Positions 12,101 through 24,226 of a DNA stretch of 64,000 nt are shown here, piece by piece. The stretch lies in the NCBI GenBank assembly GCA_000182565.2, contig KQ257450.1; one strand, 5' to 3'. The notes under the pieces are model-generated. The model had not been told where the DNA came from, did not search any database, and was given only the letters and a program-made list of their open reading frames with translations. Every line of letters starts with the position of its first letter. Position 1 is the stretch's first letter. A program made the translations under genes and the position numbers. This DNA comes from Spizellomyces punctatus DAOM BR117. Its lineage: Eukaryota.

Positions 12101-13290
12101 GAGCGTTAATAAGCTCGCCGTACTTTCCGTCTTCCAATTTGGGGGCTTTGGCGATTTCGAGCAGATTTTCCAGAATTTCTTTTCGTTCCTTCCACTTGGT
12201 AGAAGCAAGCTGTTCGTAAAAGTTCTTTGGTAGCTTGTCGAGAATGTTGACGGGATCTGCGAGATCGTAGGCATCCAATGGCTCGGGCGTATCATCTACG
12301 CCATTTATATTCTCGCCTGCCCCCTCATCTCCATCAGCAGCAGGGCCCTGTGCTTGAACTTTTGCCTGCTCCGACCTGATGAGACGTTCTGGTGTCGCTC
12401 TCTCTTGTGGTAGCTTATCGAATTGATCATGTAGCTCCTTAATTTGCACCGGCTTCAGGTCATTCAGTGAGCTGGTGATAGCTGACCCTAACCATCTATA
12501 CAGTTCGATAGCCAACGCTGTTCCTTCCGACCGCACGGTCTTGTCTTTGTGATCAAAAATTTTGGGTAGCTGCTTGAGTATGGGCTTGACATTTACAATA
12601 CGTGCGCCAAATAATCTGACAGCTTCTCGTAGAGCGAACACCGCTGCAGCGACATTCTTTGGTGTTTTATGGTTCAATCCAGAAATGATGTCCTCCTACA
12701 AGCCAGGTACAAGAACATCAAATGCTGCAATTATGTTACGAAATTGGTATCCTACTCACAATGACCGGATCTGCGACATCAATTTCAATGTACATCATGA
12801 GAACGTCTAGGGCCTTTGTTTTTGTACCGGCCCTGTTGGAGCCGAGGCACTTGTCTACTACCATGGGTGCAAGCACACTTCGAGTCCTAGCGTAAACCAC
12901 ACCAATAAAGCAAGTCCCGAACTGGATGAGTAAATGCAACGGTTTAGTTGTTTATCACAGACTTACTTGTTTGCTGACGGTGCGTTTGTCACATATGCTA
13001 AAATCGCATTCAATCCTGATTCCTGTGCAACCAAATTGCTATCCGATACCATCTTCTTTAGATATTCCTGCCATTTGCGATATTCGTTGTCGGCGTCTGG
13101 GTCCAATGTGTTGAAAATCTTGGCTAGCTCATCGTATGCGCCCTGTCGTGCTTTCCACGACTGCATACGAGTAAAAGTGACATACTATTCAATACATGGG
13201 CAACAAACACACTGCTCTTGGGTTTCCCACCTTGTGTGTAAGACGTTCCGTCAAGGGGAGTGAGCTGAAATCTTCTTCGGAACTCGCCAT
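6180..13290 (-). CDS. CKAP5: XMAP215/ch-TOG/Stu2-family microtubule polymerase with five TOG domains plus a C-terminal helical domain
   Basis: Start MASSEEDFSSLPLTERLTHK|SWKARQGAY. TOG HEAT-A motifs SWKAR, KWKERKE, AWKVR, QWKVRKE and a TOG5 region DLILKYITLRFFDTNT...SKNARTRTECLEEL. C-terminal LKERLAMMK. Confidence 0.95.
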
Positions 13291-15329
13291 CTTTAAAGGG
13301 AGAAAGATGAGATGACCGAAGAATGGGAGAGTACGGACGTCCAGAGCCAGCCAGCTTAAAATAGGTTTGCAAACTCCGACAGTTATCCTCCTGCTATTTC
13401 AAAGCCAGGAAACTCCGACGGCCAATTTCGACAAGTGTGCAATGAAAAATGTCCAAAGATCGCTAAAATTGACTAGGCTAAAGCACAAACGCCTTCCCCA
13501 ACAAAAGAAGGCGAGAAGAAAATCCTGTACATCTTGTCGTGTCTTGAATTTCTCTACCCTACCTTTGTCGGGTGTTCAATGTGCTAATGGGACGAGGCCA
13601 GCAGAGGGCCGGCGGGGTATATAGTTAAAAAGGGGCAACGAATATATGTACAGGTGCCCACTGTTTGGCCGCCAAGGGAAGGGTCGGGTAAGGAGCACAA
13701 TGTTATTTCCAGCAATCTATCCGCGATAAAAGTTGACGATTGAAAATGGTGGCATTCCCTACTGCCTTGGACTGTGAAATGGCCCCAAAACGACTTGCGT
13801 TGTCGTCGTCGTGTTATCCCTCACGTGCTCTTGTCCAGGAAGCGAGTTTCATGTCCGAACGGCCAGGACAAGGGCAAAAACAACCCGCGCGGTGATTATT
13901 ATTATTATTGTTGTGATCTCGGTATTGGGAGAAAAGGGAAGCATTCAGGGATAATGCAAATGAATCGGAACTTGGAAAGGTGGAAATATCCCCCAAGGAT
14001 GGGTGGTTGGATGTGTATTCATTCCATAAACAGGCTTTCCAATAACCCCTCATGTCCAGGTAAAATGCAAGGATCAGCAAATGTCAGTACCAGGCAAACT
14101 CTGCATAATCGTGGGCTGATCAGGTATTCCGCAATTCAGCAACCGAAAGATCCAGGATATCCAAGGTCCTAATCAAAGGAACAAAAGGACAGTTGAAGGA
14201 GACTGATTTCAAGGAGTGGTCTAATTTCGATAACGTACCATGCTGACCGGATGTCGTTCGTTGTGTGCGACTCGTGCTTTGCATTGATGTGCTCAAGCTT
14301 CTTTGCAACCCCTGCCAGGACCGTTACCCATTCCCATCCATATCAAAACGTCTTCAGGGCGGCCCCGCTTGCCTAATTAACGGGAATCAGAAAGGGGAAT
14401 CAGCATCCAAAATTAACAGCGCATACAGTACCAACTCACTGGAGCTAGTCTCTTCCCTACTTATTCTCACTAACCTGATAATGACAAAGCGACAAAGAGA
14501 GACCCGCAACCGAACTAAAGAGATGATCTCTCAAGAGAACCATACGGGGCAAACTTCGATTTAAAGCCCCCGTTACATCTGCGCTACTTAAAGTTACTAG
14601 CATTGTACCATGGTTCATACCTGGATACACTCCGTCCTGTCCGAGGCTTTATTCCACTGAGCAACCTATTCTTATCTACAAGGTAACCGATACTAGTGGG
14701 ACATGGCACTGAAAGGATGCTCGCATTTTGGGTTGTTCGCGCGTGATTGCCGGGGAAACCGTTCGTACAGTAGAGGATAGTTTTGACACACCCGCTTAAG
14801 GACAACGAGTCCATGTCTTGAGGCTCGTTCGTCCAATCGTCGGCATAGTTTTACTCGTTCAGACGTCGTCACCAGAACGCGAGCGACACAGCATATGCTT
14901 CTTGTTCTGACCATTCGAGTCGGTAGACCGCTTAACGAAACTCCTGACTGCGCACCCTACTGCGACAGTTATCTTCACGGTTCATGCCACGATGTCCATA
15001 CTTGCCGTTGCTCATTTGCTCGCCCTCGAGCACCTACTGACTCACCTCCAGGGTTGGCGTACCTAAGCAGGACGAAGCGCGTATCTTTCGCGTGTTTGTC
15101 GATGCCAAAGCCCCCATCCCAGTTGAGCAAGTTGAGGTATTTAAAATAATAACGTCGGTTTGTCCCATGCAAGGGTTAAGCCATGGAGGGGCAACCGATT
15201 GGACCGCCTCTATAATGCCATTATTGAATGTTACAATATATCGTTTGCTTTTGACAGTTTACTTTTTTGCTCCTAAAGTATGTATATATACAAAATAAGG
15301 CTCCTCTAATCAACCATGCTCGAGAAGGT

Positions 15330-18300
15330 TCAAAGAACCAATCGATCTTTTGTAACCTAGAAAACAAACGAACATTATCAGCCAGGAACCTGCAAAACCC
15401 TCAGCTACGTGTCCCTACCTGACCCACTTTCTCCTCCTTTCTACGGTCTCCCTTTAACATGGCTGCATTCTGTGCAGCTTTCAAAGCTAGTAGTTTTTTA
15501 ACATCTTGGAACATTGCAAGTTGTTTCACATTTGGTTCGTATTTCGCCTTTCGAAACCATCATGATTAGCTTGGGCACACTCTGGGGCTATAGTTATCTG
15601 TGGTTACCTTGACTTCCTTTTGTTGCTCCCTTAAAGATTTCCCTAGATTCTCCTGCTCGGACAATTTTCTCGTGTATAGTTCCCGGTACGTTTTGAATCC
15701 GCGTGCCTTTTGGGCTTGTTCTACCGCCTCATCGCCGCCTATGTATGCCTTCATTTCTTGCATGACTGGTATCATTGTTGTGTTAAAAAAAAGAGTAATG
15801 TGCCTGTCAGAAGACTTTATCGGAAATTATACGTCTTTGTTTGCGCTTACTTCGCTCATTTGTAATATCCGCCAGGCCAATTTGCATGTTGAGGTAGTGG
15901 TACCTGCTTTGATCGTTGAGGATGTCTTGCCGGTAAAGTTTTACTTCCTGTTCAAGCTGGACAGCTTCGCTGTGCGTATAAAGACCGACTGAGCAACGTG
16001 AAGCAACAAGTATGTTCCATTTGCTCACAGTACCTATCCAACCCGACCATTGTCGCATCGTAAAGCCGTTTCTTCTCACCGTACTCAGTCTCTAGTTCCT
16101 GTACTTGGCTTCGCATGGTCCGCAACTCTTGTATAATCGGTGCCAGAAAGCTTTTCTTCTCGTTGATGTTGTTTGTGAGCTTTTGAATGATTCCAGAAAT
16201 TTCTTCAAGGGTTCTGCCTTTGACCTCATCGATTTCTGCTTTCCGTTCAGAGACCTAAGTGATATGTTCAGTTTTTTAAAAACAGCGCACTAGGAGGCAG
16301 ATGAATGAACCTTTTCCAGAGTTTCTTGTGCGATGTGAAATCCAGCGACGCCATGTCGCTTTTCCAAGGCAGTTAGTGAGTCTTCCATTGTTTTCTGGCG
16401 GGAGGTTAAGATCTAGGGGGAGTTAGCTTGTCAGTTCAAATGGCGGTATTCCGTCCAATTTCCACCATACCTCTTCTGTTCGTTGAAGTATACCAAACTC
16501 GGCCGTGATGGCAGATAGTTCTGCCTTTTTCTTTTTGTATATAGTGGACTTTGCGCGAAGCTCACTTACGTAGCGTTTGAATTCCTCTCCTTTGGGCATC
16601 TGATGCCACCAGGGTAAACAATGTATTAAACTTCCACAGAAACGACAACACGTGTAGAAATATGTCTACCTTTGCACCTTGGGCCTTTTCCACCTCCTTT
16701 TTCTTTGCGAGCTCAGCTGCGAGGGTGTTGATTTCTTCGTTGATAGCAGCAAGTCGCGCAGCGGTGCCTTCCTTTTTACGGGCAATGATGGCAGCTTGCT
16801 GTCGGAACAAGCCTAATTTATCGTCGCCTTTACTAAAGAGTGTTGGACCGTCAGTCCTAATCACACCCTTTGAAGGATCTGTGAAGTGTAATTACGTTGT
16901 TTTCGCCAATCGCTTCTCGGCAAGTTTTGCAATGTCTTCGTTCAACTGCTTGATCTCTTTCTCATGCTCAGTGAGATCCCGCTCGCTGACAGCGGGTTCT
17001 GAGAGGACTTTTTTGAGCTGTTGAATGTGCTGTTTTGCATCTTGAAGTTGCTGAGATAATTGGGATGAGGAGAAACAAATCATGACTTTTGAAGAAAAAC
17101 AAGCTCAAGGCCTACCTTTGGCAGATTTTCCGTTGCCAGATATTTATTCATTTTATTGTCTTCTTCCATTTTAGAAAAAAGGAGATCTGGGCTAGCATTT
17201 GCTGCTGCTGACTAAAGGATGTGGAGTAGCAGTCAGCATGTATCAGAAAGATTCCTGTGAATTGGTACTCACACGAATGTCCTTGAGTGCCTGCAATGCC
17301 GTATTATACTTGTTTTCGACTTGATGAATTTGATTTCGTTGTTCTTTTATTCTGGTTGACATACCGTTAGCGGAAGGTCCTCCCATTGTAAGCAAGATAG
17401 AATATTTACCGTTCGGCAATAAGAGCCTCATTTTGCTGTTCGGTTCGAAGATTTTTGGCTGCTTCCAACCATTGTTCGTGGTATGGCTAATCGTAGCGAT
17501 CCGGTTGGTTAGCCACGAACCATCTTAATATACCACACAAAGCTTACAATTTCCTCCACCCTCTTTCGAATTTTTGAAATTCTGCTCAGGACTTGCTGCT
17601 TTTCATCTTCCAGTTGCTGAATTTCTTTCTTCAGTACAGCAGCATTCGTTCCTGTACGCCGTTCTGCCGTTCAATATATGACTGGGTGTGAGTTTCACCT
17701 ACCAAAGATCATACCTGACCCGCGAATCCCGTCCACAGCTTTGTGTATGTCTTTAAACTGCTCTTGGAGATCTTCCACGTGGCGCATCAAATCCGCGGTC
17801 ACTAAGATCCAACACACATGTCAAAACTCATACGGACGTGTGCTACGATTAGAGGTGTACAAGTTGAATTGTACCTTCGTCCATGCTAAACTCTGCAGGC
17901 ACATCCACAGAAGCAAGGAATGGCGCGAGATAGGCTCGCTTCTTGTGGATATTGAAATCTTTTAGTAGAAAATGTAACGCTCGTAGGATGGTGGGCCGAT
18001 GTCCCTCTGTAAGCTTCTGGCTCAAGGTATCCCTAGAGATGGTGACAAAAAGGTTGGCAATTATCTTTAAAGCCCGCAACAAAGACAAGAGTTGCACAGC
18101 AAATATGCACTACCTACACATCACCAGCATCTTTCCATTTCAACAACTGCAAAAACCCGCTGATTCTTGCCACGCTGTCCTGTGGATCCTCGTTCCGCAT
18201 ATCAACGCCCCTGTGTAGACTCTGTGGATTGCCTTCATCAATAGCAGCCATGACATCGCTGACAAGTTGAAGGAGTTGTAGGATGGGGAGCTCATCGTGG

Positions 18301-18383
18301 AGTTGGATAGCGCTGTAGGTGCGGGAGAACGGTGGCGATGCAAGTGCAGTCACAATAAGCTTCAGCTCTTTGGGATCTGCCAT
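15330..18383 (-). CDS. IFT81: Intraflagellar transport protein 81 (IFT-B), multi-exon
   Basis: N-terminal CH-like domain ([23 protein letters not shown]...), [29 protein letters not shown], long coiled coil, C-terminus DRLVL*. Confidence 0.93.
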
Positions 18384-18702
18384 TATGAAATGACCAAAAT
18401 TTAGAAAAGACAAAGCAAAAGATGCTTAAATGCGCAAGATCTTGAAGAAAACAAAAAGCGGAGAGTTGGCAAACGTAAGACGCGACTCTTGGATGCACGT
18501 GACCCACGGCCTTGGTGGAAGCCGGTTTTGAGATGACGCGTCTTTAGGACGGGAAGCTTTTTGGAGGACCGCGATCGCCCAAAACAAATTGCCATCATCA
18601 ACCAAGGCGAGGAGGGAACGAGGCGGTGTATTCGTACGGCTGCTCTGACAAGTCAACGTTCAGTTCTTTATCGAGTCTTTTACGCTCATCCGGTTTCGCA
18701 TA

Positions 18703-20027
18703 ATGTTCCGTAACCAGTGAGTAACTCATCGTTGAAAAGAAGGAGGTGTTGACACTCACCTCGACGACCATTGTCAGATACGATAACGATATTACAATCT
18801 GGTCCCCTCAGGTATGTGTATAGTAATGGGTGCAGGTGGATTGGACTCGTCCCCCATCACATGGCTGACAGCAATGACATGTCTGCAGGGCCGATTGCAC
18901 CAAGTCGAGTATGCCATGGAAGCGGTCAAACAAGGTTCGGCATGCGTTGGGTTGCGGTCGAATACACACGTGGTGATTTTGGCTTTGAAGGTAGCTGCGA
19001 GCAAAGATTTGGCTGGTGGTTAATTGAGCAAATGGAGCATGTTCTCAACCGTTTTATGGTTCTTTTGTTGTAGCGCTCACCAGGGGAGCTCGCATCGTAC
19101 CAAAAGAAATTGATTCGAATTGACGACCATATGGGGATTGCTATTGCGGGACTGACATCTGATGCGAGGGTGCTGAGGTTTGTGGTTCTGCTACAGTGCT
19201 CATCTTGTACAGTCACTTACGAATGACTAAATAGCACATTCATGCGCGCGGAGGCGATGAAGTCAAAACTCTTGTATGACCGACCGCTACCGGTCTTTCG
19301 CATCGTGTCTGCAATTGGAGACAGTACGTCCTTTATCCATTATAGAAAGTGAACTTGGACACTTACCTCGGTGTACTGCAGAGGCCCAAGTCAACACCCA
19401 ACGATACGGTCGTCGACCATACGGGGTTGGATTGTTGGTAGCGGGTTATGACGTATGTAGCAATCTTTAAAACATTCTTGCGACTTGCACTAACGTGACC
19501 CCTCCCGTTCATCAAAGGATGCCGGACCACACCTTTTTGAATGCGCACCATCTGGCAATTTCTTCGATTACTTTGCCATTTCCATCGGCTCACGGTCCCA
19601 ATCTGCTAAAACGTATCTGGAGAAGCATTACGAGGCATTTGCCGATGGTATGATCCAGTTTCGGTTCTTTTCCACCTGAAATGAGCTGACATTTGGTCCT
19701 GTATAGCTTCTGTTGATGACCTTGTAGTACACGGTCTGCGTGCCCTGCGGGACACACTACAGCAGGACAAGGAGCTGAATATCAACAACTGTTCCATTGG
19801 GATTGTGGGGAAGGGTATCAAGTACCATACCGTCGAGGGAGAGGGTCTTCAGAGGTAATCTACTTTGCTTTTGTTGTCAAACACCCAGAACGGTACTTAC
19901 GGGTGATGGTGCGTTTCTGTGTTCTAGGTACCTGGATCTTCTCTCTGAAGCCGATACGGGAGCTGGTGGAGGGGGTGCTCCGGCACAAGCGGATGAAGGT
20001 GCCACACCAATGGAAACTGACATGTAA
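18703..20027 (+). CDS. PRE5: 20S proteasome subunit alpha-6 (PSMA1), multi-exon
   Basis: [80 protein letters not shown]. Confidence 0.97.
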
Positions 20028-20113
20028 AAACGGAACCTTTAAGAAATATATTTCTCAATGAATATCTTGCAAAATAGAGTTTGTACTCTATATGGTATAT
20101 ATGCCAGAAGTGT

Positions 20114-22025
20114 TCAAGTCCAGACTTCATCTGCGGTTGCGCTCACGATGCCAGCGCAGTCCAAAAGTGCTCTAACCCGCTGGACACGCTCGTACGTTAC
20201 CAACTGATCCTTGCGAGGATTGGACCACAAACTTTCACCGACAGCGGCAGCACGGGGCCAAATGATTTGTTCGACCACGGAAGGAGACCCTGTCGCAATG
20301 TCCTCGGAAAAGAGGACTGCTTCTCCCCCAATGACCCTAGAGTCGGTGGGAAATTTCGCATTGGCAATCATGTACATTGGTGTCAGGGGGGAGGTCTTAT
20401 TGCAGTATTTTCTGAGAACCAGCATGTCAGTTAAATTGCAAAATAACGATTTGACCCGGTAAAGAACCATAAAGAACCCGCACTCACCCACAATCAAAAT
20501 ACCAAGGTGTCATCAAACTGACTACCACCCTCAAATCTTGCCCCGCATCCAACACCTTTTTGACATCCCCTTCCTCTTTCCAAACCTGCACAATCGTCTG
20601 TTTCGGCACCGCATCTGTCCCCTGCAGACTATAATCCACCACAGGGTCTGCCCACACCATTGTATTTTTTGCGTACGATTTCGCTTTGGATTGAAGAAAT
20701 CCTCCAATTTTGGAATAGGCTGATTTACAATCATACGGTTTTGGTGCACCAGGAGCGTCTCCCCAGCATTCGCAATGAACTTCATCCATTCCCAAGTGAA
20801 TCGTATCTGTATATGTGAACAGGGGAGCAATACGCTCGAAAAAGGAGGACAGTGTGGTGTAGGTCTGTGGAGCAAAGGGATTGAGTTGCCCCGAAGGTTT
20901 CCGGCCGGTTGGGTCTGGATTGCAAGTCATAATTTCCGGGTAGGCTCTTGCCCAGACCTGCAAAAAAAAGCAGAGATTATTACAAGGCTGTCCCAAAATG
21001 AACAGAAAAGTAACGTACATCAGCGTGCCCCGGAAAATCAAACTCTGGGACAACACGAATGCCCCTCTCATAAGCGGTCTGAACGATCTGCTTGATGTCG
21101 GCTTCAGAATAGATCAATGGCTTTCCATCCGTTCCGTTAAATGCGCCTGTACCATCCGCCATTCTGTCAAAGGCAATAGGCACACTTTGGGCATCAATGA
21201 TATGCCAATGGAACGTATTGAGCTTGACTAGTTCCATTGCGTCCAAGTGTCGCAGGATCTGTGCGACGGGAATAAACATTCGGCCAGTATCCAAGAGCAG
21301 GCCGCGGTGAGGGTAAGATGGAGAGTCGGAGAGATCAAGTGCTGGGACGCAGACTGTATTTGTGGGTTTCGGTGACGTGGGAGTAGCAGGAGGGCAGGAT
21401 GTCGTGAGTTGCGTGAGTGTGGTGAAGCCTCGGAGAGTTCCTAGTACCGTTTGGGATGTGATGGATGCTTGTCGTGTGACGTTATTTACATTGATGGAAT
21501 AGGATTCGTCTGTCGACAGTGTCCAGTCGCAGGACTGAGGGTTATTGATCACTATGGAAAGAGTGAGCACGGACGTTTTCCGAGATGGCTCACGAATGTT
21601 TGTGCCAGTAAGGTTTGTGATGCGGGTGGCGAGTCTCGTCAAAGCGCCGTCCAAAAGTGCGCCGGCACATGGTGAAGCAGAGTATACGGCTGGCGGTACG
21701 CTGTTCAGGAAAACACTTTAGCAAAGTAAACCTTGACCAAAACAACACTTAAAAGATGGCCAAACCTAAGCTCCAAGTAGTCAAATGCGATTCCGGGCCC
21801 GCTTTCCACCTTGCCATTTCTCGCAGCAGGCCAAATGCCAGTCACATATACATTATCATCTCCACCTTTATTCCGCTTGGACAGTACCACCGCCAGAATT
21901 ATCGCCAGTACAATGAGAACAATGCATATTATGAACGAAATGTGGAGGTATAACCGCGTGCGGGGGGGTAAAGCATTGACACGTTTGCCTAGTGTTCTAA
22001 ATTGCTGGCGGATGGACGACAGCAT
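20114..22025 (-). CDS. Glycoside hydrolase family 20 beta-N-acetylhexosaminidase with N-terminal membrane anchor (type II)
   Basis: TM segment ISFIICIVLIVLAIILAVVL; WP motif; DESY; HRGLLLDTGR; KLNTFHWHIIDAQS; RGIRVVPEFDFPGH; catalytic HLGMDE; GGEAVLFSE; IWPRAAAVGESLWS. Confidence 0.93.
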
Positions 22026-22470
22026 TGTGTGAGATCTAACTCTAATTGCAAAAAACAACAAAACGTCATGTCCTTCTAAAAACCACCTTTTAAAAGCAGA
22101 CGAAACCAGCAGACTCCGCCACTTAAAGAAAACTTGCTCTCGTCCGTTTTGGATGAGTTTTTCCTCGAACGGGCGACTTATGGCGAAAAAAGCGTTTTGG
22201 AAACACGCGCGTTTTTGGAACACCTCCAACTTTTTGTTTATAACTACCTCTTCTTCCTTCTACAGGCGCTTTTGTTTTGTCCAATGGAGGCCATCGGCAG
22301 CGTTTTGTATCGTTGTTGCGTATGTGTGTTTGCATATGGCGCCTTTGGTTGACAAAGGCATGACATCAACAAAATGTTGCTGTTTCAAAAACCAACATGG
22401 AGACCCTTCTATATTAGTGACAAGATTTCTATATACAAGTGTACGGAAAACAAATGCAAGGGTGTGTAAT

Positions 22471-23839
22471 CTACATATCCATCGCTTGAGGCCCCGGCTA
22501 TACATGGAAAAAAAAAAACGAGAATCAGACTTTGCACTACACCTCACTCAAGGCTCGATGAATACGCACCTCTGTTATAGCCAACGCCTTGGTCTTGACT
22601 GTTCTCGCCTTGCCTTCCAATACATCCTTATACCCAGCAGTGTCCACTGAAAAATCAGAGTGTACATACGGCATGGGCAAATCTCCAGCCGTAATAGTCA
22701 AGGGCCCAGAACTCATGACCAAAACGGTAAAGGCAAATCTGGCTACTCTTTCACTTCCCCCCACAACACCCACTAGCCTAGGTCTCAATACGCCGTGAGC
22801 AACGCATTCCTGTACGCCCAGTCTGAATTTAGGATCCACGCCAAACAATTCGCGAGTGGCAAAAGGAAACACGCCGTATCGTTTAGCCGATTCGCTGTAG
22901 GCTGCTCGGGAGGACTTAAGTTTAAGAGCATAAGTGGTGTTGACGTCCCGTTGGAGGACAAGAGGGCGCGGATCCGGCTCACGGTACGATCCGGCGCTAG
23001 TAGAGAGGACAACGTCGATGGTATAGGCTTCGCCCTCGGTGATTTCAAACTCTTCCGCCTGAGTCTCGTCATCAATTGCATTTGGGATCTCTTGTCCGGC
23101 TTCGAGAATGAACCTTTTGATTTGGTGAGAGGACGTTCCTGCTACTGGCGAGCAGTTAAATGCGGAAGCGACGCGGGAGATGGCTGTTGTAATGTCTGAG
23201 CTGGTGGTACCGGGGCGAAGAAGACGGAGGGCGACTTGGGCAGCGTAGTATGCAGCGCACACCACGTCGGCTGATCGCCCTGTGACAGGTTGTTGGGGAG
23301 TAGGATTGATAACGGTCGTGTGTGCGAGCGACGAGATATACCCATCAATGTGAACACCCAGATTGCTGTGATCGAGTAAAATCTCCAGTCAGAGCCAGCG
23401 AGAACGCAAAGCACACTTTTCCGTTTGATATACTCACATTTTGACGACATCACCATCCTTCAAAACTGTTCCATCATCCTCCAGAGCAGAAAAATTTTGG
23501 ACTACCTCGTTTAAACACACGCAAGTTGGGTATGCAATACCACGCTCCAAGTTCCCCTTTTTAAATATCTTGCCAGTCTATGCGTACAGGGGAAACATGA
23601 GAAATAATTAGAGATGCATACCAAAGGAATGATCTCAAGGTCATACTTACTGCTTCAGAGATTAATGAATCGCCCAGACGACACAAGTCAACTACTCGCC
23701 TTCCCGCCTGACATGCAACTACTACTTGTCGCATGACACTATTGGCAATATCTGCGGCTGTCCGGTATTTTGTGACGACATTTGGGTCACTCAGGTTGTT
23801 ATCCTTGTCCAAGCGCGAGTCAACCTCCATAAGCGACAT
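22471..23839 (-). CDS. PA2G4/EBP1/Cdb4-like protein (MetAP2 pita-bread fold, M24 family, probably non-catalytic)
   Basis: LSDPNVVTKYRTAADIAN, RGIAYPTCV, LKDGDVVK|NLGVHIDGYIS, YALKLKSSR, GVFPF, RLGVQECVAHGVL. Confidence 0.88.
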
Positions 23840-24226
23840 TGTTGAAATTTGCACAATGCCAAATGACCAAGTCTCAAAGTCAAAATACCAGCAGGGAAGA
23901 TCGGAGAGCAACTTCGTCAAAACAAAATAGCCACGTGAACCTGCGCCACATTCATTTGGTAAGCGACTAGTCCCGCTCGATCTTTCCTGAGGGCGAACAT
24001 GTCGGATATCGGAGGATTTTCTATTTATGTAAGGGAGGTTGGTGTGAAATGAAAAGTGTAGTGCATCTGTGTGGACGACGATTTTCTGGTATTAAGACGG
24101 TCAACCTTGTCGTGGTATGCGTTGGTTACGGGTCTTACCCTACTGGCTGCCAGCTAATACCTTGGGCAATGATCTGGCAGCATTCAAACAGCAACAAAGC
24201 GGAATACTGAGAAGAATTTGCGCAAA

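Noticed and set aside
14530..14556. AACCATACGGGGC resembling the 3' P4 strand of RNase MRP RNA
   Set aside because: No upstream GAAAGTCCCCG-like partner found.
18464..18473. GTTGGCAAA as a PACE/Rpn4 site upstream of PRE5
   Set aside because: One mismatch in a 9-mer; could easily be chance.
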